Positions 48,640 through 57,869 of a DNA stretch of 64,000 nt are shown one piece after another. The notes beneath the pieces are model-generated. The model made no database searches, was not told where the DNA came from, and was given only the letters and a program-made list of their open reading frames with translations. Source of the DNA: a virus (lineage: Duplodnaviria > Caudoviricetes); IMG/VR virus record IMGVR_UViG_3300029913_000012, positions 8,322-72,321 of that record, one strand, 5' to 3'. Position numbers and translations under genes: made by a program. Each line of letters starts with the position of its first letter. The stretch's first letter is position 1.

Positions 48640-49614
48640 ATGATAGCACTCTCATTGTGTATAGATGGAAATTACATGTTGTATAGATCTGTATTTATCC
48701 TACACAAATTAAAAACACTTTACGGAGATTTAGAAACACTTTTATTAAATGACTTTAATAATTTAACAAATGCATATAATTTCAATAAAATATATTTTGT
48801 GTCTGATAGTAAAAGAAGTTGGAGAAAAAATGTTTATCCTGAATATAAAGGTAAAAGAAAGAAGGATTTAGAAATTGATTGGGAATTTGTATTTGATACA
48901 TTTGATAAATTTAAAGAAAGTATAAAAAATAGACGCAATTGTTATTTATATCAAATAGATCCATTTGAAGGTGATGATTTAATAGCTCATATTGTTAATG
49001 AAGGAAATAAAGAAGGAATATCAAATCTAATAGTTTCTAATGATGGTGACCTTCATCAATTATTAAAATTTAGTATATCTAATAATTATATAAATATGAT
49101 GTATAATCACAAGTTTCAAGATGAAAAATTATATGTACCTATTAATTATAATATATTTTTAAAAAATCTAGAAGATACAACAGAAGGTGATATTTTTGAT
49201 CTAAATGATGATATGGATTTTATAAATTATTTTGATAAAATAACTAGTAAAGCTAAAATTTCTCCAGTAAATAAAGAAGAATCTTATTTTAAAAAATTGG
49301 TTGCAGGAGACTCAGGAGATAATATATTAAGTGTTGTTAAATTCAAAGAAGATTCAAGAGGTATTGGTGATGCTGGATCAAATACTGTATATTCCATGTA
49401 CAAACTAAAATTTCCTGATGATATTGACTTTGATTCTGATGAATTTATAAGTAATCTTTGTGATATTCTTTATATTTATAGAAAAAATAAAGAAGTTAAT
49501 TTTAAAGAAAGAGTAAATGAAAATATAATTTTTTCAAGAAAATTAACTAGATTGAGTAGTAATTATTTACCAGATGGATTTGAACAAATATTACTTGATA
49601 ATATTAAAATTTAA
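48640..49614 (+). CDS. rnh: RNase H / 5'-3' exonuclease (T4 rnh, FEN family)
   Basis: IDGN, SWRK..YPEYKGKR, EGDDLIA, SNDGDLHQL, GDSGDNI. Confidence 0.9.
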   Translation: MIALSLCIDGNYMLYRSVFILHKLKTLYGDLETLLLNDFNNLTNAYNFNKIYFVSDSKRSWRKNVYPEYKGKRKKDLEIDWEFVFDTFDKFKESIKNRRNCYLYQIDPFEGDDLIAHIVNEGNKEGISNLIVSNDGDLHQLLKFSISNNYINMMYNHKFQDEKLYVPINYNIFLKNLEDTTEGDIFDLNDDMDFINYFDKITSKAKISPVNKEESYFKKLVAGDSGDNILSVVKFKEDSRGIGDAGSNTVYSMYKLKFPDDIDFDSDEFISNLCDILYIYRKNKEVNFKERVNENIIFSRKLTRLSSNYLPDGFEQILLDNIKI

Positions 49615-49641
49615 AATATTATATATAAAAATAAAAATGAC

Positions 49642-49956
49642 ATGAAAAATATCGAAAAATATAATGAATTTTTAAAATATAATGAGAATTCTAATATTAA
49701 AGAATTAATAGAAAAGGTTAAATATGAATGTGGAAATAAATCAGATTTAAATGCTATTTATGAAAATGAAAATTATCAAAAAATAATAATGCAAGGATAT
49801 AATTCTATTCCATATATATTTGAAAATTTTTCGATAATATGGTTAAAAGCATTAGAAAAAATAACCAATATTGAACTATATGAAGAATATTCTCTAACAA
49901 CATCTGAAATGAAAAATATTTGGAAAAAATGGGCATCAGAAAATGGATATTTATAA
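49642..49956 (+). CDS. HEAT-like small protein with CTS-like leader
   Basis: MKNIEKYNEFL; YQKII.QG..SIPYI...W..ALEKIT...W..W. Confidence 0.6.
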   Translation: MKNIEKYNEFLKYNENSNIKELIEKVKYECGNKSDLNAIYENENYQKIIMQGYNSIPYIFENFSIIWLKALEKITNIELYEEYSLTTSEMKNIWKKWASENGYL

Positions 49957-50383
49957 AGAGATAGAATATTGGCATCCAAAATTAAAAAATAATAAATGGA
50001 AAATAATTAATACTAATAAAAATTTAGATGATTTTAATTGTTTTTCTTTTGCTATAGATGTTTATAATGAATGGAGCGGAGCTAATTGTAAATTATGGCA
50101 TAATCCTAATGATAGATATGCAACAGTAAAAAATTATATAGAGTTCTATTCTACATATAATTATAAAATATGTGAAAATGATTCATATGAATTGGATTAT
50201 GAAAAAATTGCAATATACTCTAATAATAATTTTGTAACACATGCGTGCAAACAATTTGGTGATATGTGGAGGAGTAAATTAGGTAGTAATGTTATAATTG
50301 AGCATAAATTAGAATGGTTATCTGGAACTGATAGTGAAAATTATGGTGAAATTGCAGCAATAATGAAAAGAAAACTAATTTAA
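49943..50383 (+). CDS. Putative papain-like Cys/His-fold protein
   Basis: FNCFSFA, EKIAIY, THACKQ, WRSKLG, IEH, YGEI. Confidence 0.55.
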   Translation: MDIYKEIEYWHPKLKNNKWKIINTNKNLDDFNCFSFAIDVYNEWSGANCKLWHNPNDRYATVKNYIEFYSTYNYKICENDSYELDYEKIAIYSNNNFVTHACKQFGDMWRSKLGSNVIIEHKLEWLSGTDSENYGEIAAIMKRKLI

Positions 50384-50442
50384 TAATTATTAAATAAAAA
50401 CTTTGAATGAAAATTCAAAGTTTTTATTTTTATATATATCAT

Positions 50443-50748
50443 ATGAAAAATTTCAAAGAATTTTTAGAAGGAACAGGAAAATATGTAAATGTAGATTATA
50501 AAATAATTATTAGAGATATAAAGGATAACCCAACTACTCTAATAACATATTTTAAGATAGTTAAATCTGAGGATAAAAAATTAGAAATAAAAGCAAGGGG
50601 TTATATTAAATCTACTTTGAATGGTTATAATGAAGGTACGCATAAAACTGCATGGACTGAATTTGATGATTTTCAAGATAATAAAACAAGAATTGTTTGG
50701 AATAAAAATTTTGAAAATGGATCTAAAAAAATAAAAGTTTATTATTAA
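50443..50748 (+). CDS. CTS-leader protein (start re-assigned from 50407)
   Basis: MKNFKEFLEG closely resembles T4 internal-protein leaders. Confidence 0.65.
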   Translation: MKNFKEFLEGTGKYVNVDYKIIIRDIKDNPTTLITYFKIVKSEDKKLEIKARGYIKSTLNGYNEGTHKTAWTEFDDFQDNKTRIVWNKNFENGSKKIKVYY

Positions 50749-50774
50749 TATATAATTAAAAAAAATGAAAAAAA

Positions 50775-51291
50775 ATGAAAAAATTAAAAGATTTTATTGG
50801 TTTTGTAAATGAAACCTCAATACATGGCGGTACTAAAGAAGGCTTATCAATCACAAGAACAAAATAAAACCATAGCAACAAATATCATTAATGCTATTCA
50901 TCCTGCTTTAAATAAATCTGGATTTAAGGTTAATGTGGATATGAGTGGAAATGATCAAAATCCAAATTTGAATAAAATATTAGAATCAACAGATAAATTA
51001 GCACTTATTACTACGAATTTTGATATTGGTTGGGATGGTAAAAATAGATCAGGTGGAATTCATGTTTATGTAAATAAAAACAATTTAGATTCATTACGTG
51101 ACACTATAAAAAATATTGATCATCCATTTGTTAGAATGAAAGAAATAGCATGGATGATCAATATTTCTTCAAAGGTACCTTGTCTTATAATTTATGATGA
51201 TGGTGTTGAAAATCCTGTATCAACAACCGAAACTACAACAGTTCAGCCAACAACTACTACACAACAAACCACAGTTGTTCCAACTGTATAA
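50775..51291 (+). pseudogene. CTS-leader protein with apparent frameshift and Thr-rich tail
   Basis: ATG at 50775 gives MKKLKDFIGFVNETSIHGGTKEG...stop; the long body (track ORF 50809) is in the +1 frame. Confidence 0.5.
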
Positions 51292-51296
51292 AAAAT

Positions 51297-51328
51297 AAAA
51301 AAGCAGAATTTTAAATTCTGCTTTTTTT
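51297..51328. terminator. Bidirectional terminator
   Basis: AAAAAGCAGAATTT-T-AAATTCTGCTTTTTT between convergent genes. Confidence 0.75.
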
Positions 51329-51799
51329 TATTATATTAGTTGTTGAATAACCTTTTACTAAATCAATTATTTTAACTTCACCACCTCTTTCTATTACAAA
51401 ATCATAACCAACAATGTCTTCTTTTTTATAATCACCTCCTTTTACTAATACATCAGGTTTTATGTTTTCAATTAGATTTAATGGAGTATCTTCATCAAAA
51501 TATATTACTGCATCTACAAATAGCAATGCAGATAAAATGAATGCTCTTGAATTTTGATTATTTATTGGCCTTGTTTCTCCTTTTAATCTCTTCACTGAAT
51601 TATCAGAATTTAATCCAACAATCAAAATATCTCCTAAATCTTTTGATTTTGATAAATATTCTACATGTCCTTTATGCAAAATATCAAAACAACCATTTGT
51701 AAATACAATTTTTTTATTTTCTAATCTCCAAATATTTAACTGTTTATTAATGGTTATATCATCATAAAATTTAGTTTTTATATAATCTATATTCGTCAT
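51311..51799 (-). CDS. rfaE2: D-glycero-beta-D-manno-heptose 1-phosphate adenylyltransferase-like (RfaE domain II)
   Basis: VFTNGCFDILHKGHVEYL, GLNSDNSVKRLKG..RP, F.EDTP, PDVLVKGGDY, GYSTT. Confidence 0.9.
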   Translation of the reverse strand: MTNIDYIKTKFYDDITINKQLNIWRLENKKIVFTNGCFDILHKGHVEYLSKSKDLGDILIVGLNSDNSVKRLKGETRPINNQNSRAFILSALLFVDAVIYFDEDTPLNLIENIKPDVLVKGGDYKKEDIVGYDFVIERGGEVKIIDLVKGYSTTNIIKKSRI

Positions 51800-51829
51800 C
51801 TATAAATTTATTTTTATTATATATTATTT

Positions 51830-52030
51830 TTATTTACTTAGTTTGATAATTTTTAATTTCCTTTCATCAATAAATTGTTTATCAAAATGTATTTTATCAT
51901 ATCCATATCTTACATTATTTTTAATAACAAAATATTGTTCATCAGTTTTAAAATAATCATAAATATTATTAATTTTAAATCCATAACTAAAATTATCATG
52001 ATTTTGTTGTATACATATTACTTTATTCAT
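51830..52030 (-). CDS. Small protein, KV.CI family, RKxK tag
   Basis: MNKVICI...FIDERKLKIIKLSK. Confidence 0.6.
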   Translation of the reverse strand: MNKVICIQQNHDNFSYGFKINNIYDYFKTDEQYFVIKNNVRYGYDKIHFDKQFIDERKLKIIKLSK

Positions 52031-52256
52031 TTATATTTTCTATTTTTTCAATATTTAATAATTTAAATTTTCTTTCATTCATAAAATATTTTTTAAATTC
52101 CATAACACCAAACACACAACTAGCATCATAGTTATCTGATACAACATAACTCTTTAAATTATTTGAGTAATAATAGTTATAACTAACATACAAAGTATAA
52201 TAATCTGATTCAATAAACTTTATATCTATATTTTTAATATTAACAACTTTTTTCAT
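52023..52256 (-). CDS. Small protein, KV.CI family, RKxK tag
   Basis: MKKVVNIK...EFKKYFMNERKFKLLNIEK. Confidence 0.6.
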   Translation of the reverse strand: MKKVVNIKNIDIKFIESDYYTLYVSYNYYYSNNLKSYVVSDNYDASCVFGVMEFKKYFMNERKFKLLNIEKIENINE

Positions 52257-52473
52257 TTAATAATTTTTTAATATTTAATAATTTGAATTTTCTTTCATTC
52301 ATAAAACATTTTTTAAATTCATGCTCTTCAAATGAGAACATAAAATATTTTTTATTAATGACAATAAAATAATTATCAAAATGAGACGATGACCAATAAT
52401 CATATTTTTCATTTAAATTAAAATGATCAATATTATTAATGTTTGGAATTTTAATGCAAACAACTTTTTTTAT
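52240..52473 (-). CDS. Third KV.CI paralog with ATA in place of ATG (non-canonical start or pseudogene)
   Basis: (I)KKVVCIKIP...EFKKCFMNERKFKLLNIKKLLNEKSC; missed by the ORF track. Confidence 0.55.
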   Translation of the reverse strand: MKKVVCIKIPNINNIDHFNLNEKYDYWSSSHFDNYFIVINKKYFMFSFEEHEFKKCFMNERKFKLLNIKKLLNEKSC

Positions 52474-52552
52474 ATATACTTTTTCCTGAATTGTGCGGAT
52501 ATATTAAAAATGTTATTATTGAAACCATAATTCAATAATTTATTTTAATATA

Positions 52553-52673
52553 CAAAGGTAATAATAATATGTCATAAAATCAGCAAAAAACAGAAATATA
52601 ATACAAATTAATAATGATTAACATATTTTTTAATGATATTAATTTTTTATTCAAAAATAATGAATTATCTTTG
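52553..52673. promoter_or_regulatory. Divergent pair of Bacteroidota-type -7 elements (TAnnTTTG)
   Basis: TACCTTTG on minus (52553-52560) and TATCTTTG on plus (52666-52673) at the divergence point of two small-gene clusters. Confidence 0.6.
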
Positions 52674-52697
52674 TTGAATATTAAAAATATAAGAATA

Positions 52698-53024
52698 ATG
52701 GCAAATAAAAAGGATATGATAGAAACAACTCGGTTTTATTTCGATGTAGATGACATAACAATATTAGAAGAAAAAATTGTAGTAGAGTACTCCCTATCTA
52801 AAATTATACGTAGTTTTGAAGATATGGTATCATCGTATAAAGAATTGTTGAAAGAATCCAGTATGGATAAAGAACATTATCCACCTGAAAATGAGCTTGT
52901 AATATGGTATAAATCATCTCTAAGGGAAGGAAAAGCTGAATGCCAATCTATATTGAAAGATTTGGTAAAAGAGAAAGAATATGAAAATCAAGGATTAAAT
53001 CCTCCTTTTTGCTACAAATATTAA
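52698..53024 (+). CDS. Hypothetical early protein (start re-assigned to MANKKD)
   Basis: ATG 24 nt downstream of TATCTTTG. Confidence 0.55.
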   Translation: MANKKDMIETTRFYFDVDDITILEEKIVVEYSLSKIIRSFEDMVSSYKELLKESSMDKEHYPPENELVIWYKSSLREGKAECQSILKDLVKEKEYENQGLNPPFCYKY

Positions 53025-53227
53025 AAATAATTATGAAAAAAGAACTAACTATTACAGTAGAAATTGATAAGTTTAAAATAAAAACTAGTCCAGAGTTAGA
53101 AGATTGGAATTCTTCATCAGATGTAGATAGAATAGAATATATTAAAAATGAAGTTCAAGAATATTTAATTCTAAATATGAATGAAATTATTTATAATTTG
53201 ATAAAAAATAATAAAATTCATATCTAA
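53009..53227 (+). CDS. Hypothetical protein
   Basis: Small ORF in a tightly packed run; likely start MKKELT. Confidence 0.5.
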   Translation: MLQILKIIMKKELTITVEIDKFKIKTSPELEDWNSSSDVDRIEYIKNEVQEYLILNMNEIIYNLIKNNKIHI

Positions 53228-53233
53228 TTAAAT

Positions 53234-53602
53234 ATGAATATTCTAAAAATATTTATTAAATCATTTTATACTTATGTTTTTACTGTTGATAAAAAAATTA
53301 TCAATAATTGTAAAGTAAGAAATAGTAAAAAAGATCACATTAGAAGTAGATTATATATTATATTACCTTTGATTATATTTTTAGGTATTATATGTATTAG
53401 TTATATAGGAGAAACATTTACATTATTTAATATTTTTAGAACTTTTTTATTTTTTCTTGTATTTAGAATAATTGCTAAAGAATTTACTGACTATATTATT
53501 GTAATATTTTTTTATAAATCATCCTATAAATATACATTAAAAGATGCTAGAAAAAGAAAAATCAAAAGACTTAATAGACTTAAATATAAAATATTAAAAT
53601 GA
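53234..53602 (+). CDS. Membrane protein with RKxK tag
   Basis: Two hydrophobic segments; ends DARKRKIKRLNRLKY. Confidence 0.6.
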   Translation: MNILKIFIKSFYTYVFTVDKKIINNCKVRNSKKDHIRSRLYIILPLIIFLGIICISYIGETFTLFNIFRTFLFFLVFRIIAKEFTDYIIVIFFYKSSYKYTLKDARKRKIKRLNRLKYKILK

Positions 53603-53811
53603 AAGAATATTATGATGTTTATACATTTGGTACATTAAATGATTGCCATCATTTGAAAGGAGTCAAAATTAGTAGCCTCTATTGTACCCATGATTGTGAA
53701 TTTTGCTCAAATCTTAAATATGTTAATAATAGAAATTCATTCACGTGTAATTATATAGAAATGAAAAGAAAAGAAAAATTAGAAAAATTGAAAGCATATG
53801 AAAAAAGATAG
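53599..53811 (+). CDS. Cys-rich small protein with RKxK tag
   Basis: C...SSLYC..C.FC...C; ends KRKEKLEKL. Confidence 0.6.
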   Translation: MKEYYDVYTFGTLNDCHHLKGVKISSLYCTHDCEFCSNLKYVNNRNSFTCNYIEMKRKEKLEKLKAYEKR

Positions 53812-54061
53812 AATAAAAGAATATCAAGACTCAGAAAATAAAGAAATAATAGATAGAACATATAACAATTATTTTTCTGATAATACACAAAAAAATGATA
53901 AATATTATAAAGAAGTATTTATTGATCAAATTGAGATGACAGCTACATGTAGCATAGTATATAATAATTGTGATTTGAATGATTGGATAGAAAAATTTAA
54001 AGATGAAAAAGAAGTTTTAGAAAAACTTAAAAATATATCAGTGGTTTATAATGAGAGATAA
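53798..54061 (+). CDS. Hypothetical protein
   Basis: Overlapping start/stop with neighbours. Confidence 0.5.
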   Translation: MKKDRIKEYQDSENKEIIDRTYNNYFSDNTQKNDKYYKEVFIDQIEMTATCSIVYNNCDLNDWIEKFKDEKEVLEKLKNISVVYNER

Positions 54062-54284
54062 AAATTTAGAATGGATTACAGCAAATGGTATATCTAGAAA
54101 AATAATAAATATGAAAAATAATCATTTATGTAACGCATTATCACAAATGAAAAAAAGAGAAACATCTTTTAAAACTATGTATGGTAAAGAAAGAATAGAT
54201 GAATATTTATATAATTTTGAGCAAGAGATAAGGTATAGAAAATTAAATATGTTAAAAAAAGAAGATCCAGAAAATTTATTTTAA
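54051..54284 (+). CDS. Hypothetical protein with RxxKL tag
   Basis: W.T.NG...I.NM...HL.NA; EIRYRKLNML. Confidence 0.55.
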   Translation: MRDKNLEWITANGISRKIINMKNNHLCNALSQMKKRETSFKTMYGKERIDEYLYNFEQEIRYRKLNMLKKEDPENLF

Positions 54285-54302
54285 TCATTAAAAAAACTAA
54301 AA

Positions 54303-54608
54303 ATGGAAAAAATTAATTTAAGAACAATTCTTGAAAAACATCTAAATTCAATCATATTGAAAAATGATGTTATCAATGACTGTAATGTAGATTTGATTTT
54401 AGATGCTATGCAAGAAGCTTGTGAAGAATCTCTTGATGCTGGTTCAAATTCAGCTGTATTATCAGGATTCAATTCAGAAACAAATAAAGAATTGTACACA
54501 TCTGGCTTAGAATATTTACATATTAGAAATTCTGACTCTAATGATGAATATTGGACAGTTGATAATAATTCTATTCTTAACGTAAAAAATAACATAATAA
54601 GAAAATAA
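54303..54608 (+). CDS. Hypothetical protein
   Basis: DAMQEAC...DNNSILN; co-oriented run. Confidence 0.55.
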   Translation: MEKINLRTILEKHLNSIILKNDVINDCNVDLILDAMQEACEESLDAGSNSAVLSGFNSETNKELYTSGLEYLHIRNSDSNDEYWTVDNNSILNVKNNIIRK

Positions 54609-55069
54609 TGACAAACTGGGAACATCATAAAATGACTAACGATGAACTTAAAGAACTCGTTAAAAATGTATTTGATTGTAAAATATTCACATCTCTTCAA
54701 TGTAGCCAAAGTGACTTGATGATGATTTTTATGCCTTTTATATTTTTAGGATCTGCTCCAACTATTCCTGATTTAACAGGAAAAATAAAAATTGATAGAA
54801 AAAATAAACTTAACTATCTGGATGAATGTACTGAATATAAAAATAATACTCACAAACGTGAAGAATATTTAAGAACAATAGGTATGCTTTATGAAAGCTA
54901 TAGTCAAGCAGGACCAAGAAGTGTTAATGGATATCCATGTTTTTTTAGTTGTAAAATTATTTCAATTGAAGATACTAATAGATTCAAAGAAATGTACGGA
55001 AAATATGAAGAAATGAGAACTCAATTTGAAAGTGAATGGGGTAAAGAAGATGTGAAAACTAATATATGA
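54608..55069 (+). CDS. Hypothetical protein with internal RKNKL insert
   Basis: KIFTS...IFMPF...[IDRKNKLNYL]...GMLYE..SQAGPRSVNGYPCFFS. Confidence 0.6.
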   Translation: MTNWEHHKMTNDELKELVKNVFDCKIFTSLQCSQSDLMMIFMPFIFLGSAPTIPDLTGKIKIDRKNKLNYLDECTEYKNNTHKREEYLRTIGMLYESYSQAGPRSVNGYPCFFSCKIISIEDTNRFKEMYGKYEEMRTQFESEWGKEDVKTNI

Positions 55070-55311
55070 TAGACTACGGAATGCCTTTATAAAATGCGGA
55101 AAAACTTGCAGTTGATATTAAAGCTTACAGAAAATATTTTAGTGATTCACAATATAATGAAGAAGATAATGATGATACTATTTATATCATAGATTTTGAT
55201 AATAAATTATCATTTAATGAATGACATGGTTCTCAAGAACATCAAAGATATGTTAATATATTAATTAGAAAGAAAAAACTTGAAAAATTAAACAAAAAAG
55301 CTGATATTTAA
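55066..55311 (+). pseudogene. RKxK-tag gene with two in-frame stops
   Basis: MIDYGMPL*NAEKLAVD...LSFNE*HGSQEHQRYVNILIRKKKLEKLNKKADI*; ATGA overlap with the upstream gene. Confidence 0.6.
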
Positions 55312-55472
55312 TCAGCTTTTTTTATATCTTTTTCTATTAAATATTCAATATATTCAGATTTACTCATTTTAATTTTTTCTAAATATTTATCTAAATTTTT
55401 ATTTATTTCTATATCTAATGTTATACCAATAGATTTTTTATTTGATTTTATTTTAAATTTTTCAAATGACAT
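55308..55472 (-). CDS. Ribbon-helix-helix-like small DNA-binding protein
   Basis: MSFEKFKIKSNKKSIGITLDIEINKNLDKYLEKIKMSKSEYIEYLIEKDIKKAD (54 aa; below track cutoff). Confidence 0.6.
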   Translation of the reverse strand: MSFEKFKIKSNKKSIGITLDIEINKNLDKYLEKIKMSKSEYIEYLIEKDIKKAD

Positions 55473-55585
55473 AATAGATTTTTATTATTTATAATAAAAA
55501 TCTATTTTTTTGTTTAAAATAATTTATTAAATATCAAAACATAACCTTACTTTATTTATATATACCCTTAAAGAATAAATAATAT

Positions 55586-55750
55586 ATGAAAAAAATAACG
55601 ACAAAAGAAAAATTATCAGTGTGCTTAAGTGAAAATATCAGAGAATATCTGAACAATAATATCAACAATATATCAAAATATATTGAATATCTAATATATT
55701 CAGATCTTATTGAGCATAAAGCTATTGATAAAAAAGAATATTATGACTAA
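55586..55750 (+). CDS. Ribbon-helix-helix-like small DNA-binding protein
   Basis: MKKITTKEKLSVCLSENIREYLNNNINNISKYIEYLIYSDLIEH... (54 aa); TAATG overlap with the HNH gene. Confidence 0.6.
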   Translation: MKKITTKEKLSVCLSENIREYLNNNINNISKYIEYLIYSDLIEHKAIDKKEYYD

Positions 55751-56754
55751 TGAAAAAAATATGTAAAAAATGTGGGGAAGAAAAAGAACTTGAAGAATTT
55801 TCAAAAGATAAGTATAGTAAGGATGGATTTACTGATTCTTGTAAAGAATGTAGAAATAAATATAAAAAAGAAAATAGAGAACAATTAAGGATAAACGCAA
55901 AAAAATATAGAATTAAAAATAAAGAAAAATTAAAAATTGATAGAAAGATTTATTATAAAAAAAAGAAAAAAGAAAAAATAATTAAACCAAGTGATATTAA
56001 TTCAAAGAACAGAAAAAAGATTATTGAATTAGATAAGAATATTAAAAAAATTTTAACTATAATTAAAAAATGTAAAAAAATAGTTATTACATTTGAACCA
56101 AAAATAAAAAAAGTTAAACAAAGTAAAGAAGAATATAGAGAGAAACAAAAATTAAAATATCATAAAGATATGTTGAATGATGAATTTAGAGAAAAAATTA
56201 AAGAAAAAAATAAAGAAAAATATGAAAAAGATAAAGAAAAATATGAAAAAGATAAAGAAAGATTAGCACAAGAAAGAAGAGAATATTATAAATTAAATAA
56301 AGAGGAAATTTTAAAAAAAGCAAATAAAAGAAGACAATCAGAAAAATATAAAATAAAACGTAAAGAATACCAACAGAAAAATAAAGAAAGAAGTAGAAAA
56401 AGATATAATGAGAATTACAATAAAAATAAATATAGATATGCGTGGAGAGCTGTTTTAAAAAGAACATTTTCGTATTTTAATACTACAAAATATGATAAAA
56501 CAATAAATATATTAGGTTATTCAGCAGAAGAATTTAAAATGAACATTGAATCCAAATTTACAATAGGTATGAGTTGGGATAACTATGGAGAATGGCACAT
56601 AGATCATGTTCGTAGTATAGCTACATTTGAATCAACTGACTTACCATCTATTGTAAATGCATTAACAAATTTAAACCCTATGTGGGCAACAAGTAGAATA
56701 ATTGATGAAGTTTTTTATGAAGGAAATTTAAACAAAGGCAAAAGATTAGACTAA
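55750..56754 (+). CDS. HNH-family endonuclease
   Basis: KICKKCGEEK zinc finger, basic coiled coil, GMSWDNYGEWHIDH...NL.PMWA...N..KG. Confidence 0.75.
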   Translation: MKKICKKCGEEKELEEFSKDKYSKDGFTDSCKECRNKYKKENREQLRINAKKYRIKNKEKLKIDRKIYYKKKKKEKIIKPSDINSKNRKKIIELDKNIKKILTIIKKCKKIVITFEPKIKKVKQSKEEYREKQKLKYHKDMLNDEFREKIKEKNKEKYEKDKEKYEKDKERLAQERREYYKLNKEEILKKANKRRQSEKYKIKRKEYQQKNKERSRKRYNENYNKNKYRYAWRAVLKRTFSYFNTTKYDKTINILGYSAEEFKMNIESKFTIGMSWDNYGEWHIDHVRSIATFESTDLPSIVNALTNLNPMWATSRIIDEVFYEGNLNKGKRLD

Positions 56755-56778
56755 ATAAATAAAAATAATAACAAAAAA

Positions 56779-57852
56779 ATGATTTCATATTTCGGGGCAA
56801 AAAGCCGTATGGCCGGCTGGATATACAACTACATACCAAAAGACATAAAAACATTTTCTGAACCATTTAGTGGCGCTATGTGGGTATATACTAGTCCTAA
56901 ATTGGACTATTCGCACGTTGAAAATATAATTTATAATGATTACAATAAACATATGGCAAATTTATTTGCATGCTTAAAAGAGCACAAAACTTTTTTATCT
57001 CATATAGAGGATGAAATAAATAATGGATTTTTAAAAACAGATAAAACTGGAGAAGAATATAAAAAATTTCATAAAGATATATTTTACTCATATAAACATG
57101 ATAAGAGTGAAACTAATTTTTTAGATAATCCACCAACAAATATACCAGATTTTGATGCTGGAGTAAAATATGCATTTTTATTAACTTCAACGTTTAACGG
57201 TGTTTACCCTAGAAGTGGGGGATATAGTGGTATAGGTGGCACTAATAAAATTAAATTATATGCATTAATAAATAAATTAAAGAAAAAAGAATATCAAAAT
57301 AAATTATCTAAAATAACAAACGTTCATAGCTTAGATTTTGAAGAATTGATAAATATGTATGATTCAAAAGATACATTTTTTTATTTAGATCCACCATACT
57401 TCAGTAATGATGAAGATGGCAATGACACTGGAAAAAGAGCCTCATGGTATGGAGTAAAAGATAGTTTCAATCAAAAAACTCATATTAGACTATTAGAACT
57501 TTTAAAAACAACAAAATCCCGTTGGGCATTATCTTACTACGATTTTCCAGAATTATCCAAATATTTACCTAAAGATGAATATATTTGGTTACAAAAAGAT
57601 TTCTTTCGTTCATCTGCAAGTTTTTCTGAAACAAAAGATACAAAAGGTACAGAATTATTGATTTTAAATTATGATCCTAAAACTTTTATTAAATTAACCG
57701 ATATGGATTCAAATAATAAATTTAAAATTTTTAAAGAATTCGCAGATAAACTAATTTCAAATCAAGTAGATTTGGATCCAAAATTTAATCAAGTTATAAA
57801 TGAAGTTAAAATAGTAGACATAAAAAATGATGATGATTATTGGAATTCATAA
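56779..57852 (+). CDS. dam: DNA adenine methyltransferase (Dam/D12 class)
   Basis: SYFGAKS, EPFSGA, IYND, LDF, FFYLDPPY, ELLILNY. Confidence 0.9.
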   Translation: MISYFGAKSRMAGWIYNYIPKDIKTFSEPFSGAMWVYTSPKLDYSHVENIIYNDYNKHMANLFACLKEHKTFLSHIEDEINNGFLKTDKTGEEYKKFHKDIFYSYKHDKSETNFLDNPPTNIPDFDAGVKYAFLLTSTFNGVYPRSGGYSGIGGTNKIKLYALINKLKKKEYQNKLSKITNVHSLDFEELINMYDSKDTFFYLDPPYFSNDEDGNDTGKRASWYGVKDSFNQKTHIRLLELLKTTKSRWALSYYDFPELSKYLPKDEYIWLQKDFFRSSASFSETKDTKGTELLILNYDPKTFIKLTDMDSNNKFKIFKEFADKLISNQVDLDPKFNQVINEVKIVDIKNDDDYWNS

Positions 57853-57869
57853 GATAAAATAATTAAATA

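Noticed and set aside
52044-52320. 57-bp repeat pair as a DGR template/variable repeat
   Set aside because: Both copies are coding, mismatches are not adenine-specific on one copy, and no reverse transcriptase is present in the window
54281-54709. 142-aa minus-strand ORF and similar antisense ORFs (e.g. 2218, 25085, 59651, 63519)
   Set aside because: Overlap better-supported genes on the opposite strand or frame and have atypical composition
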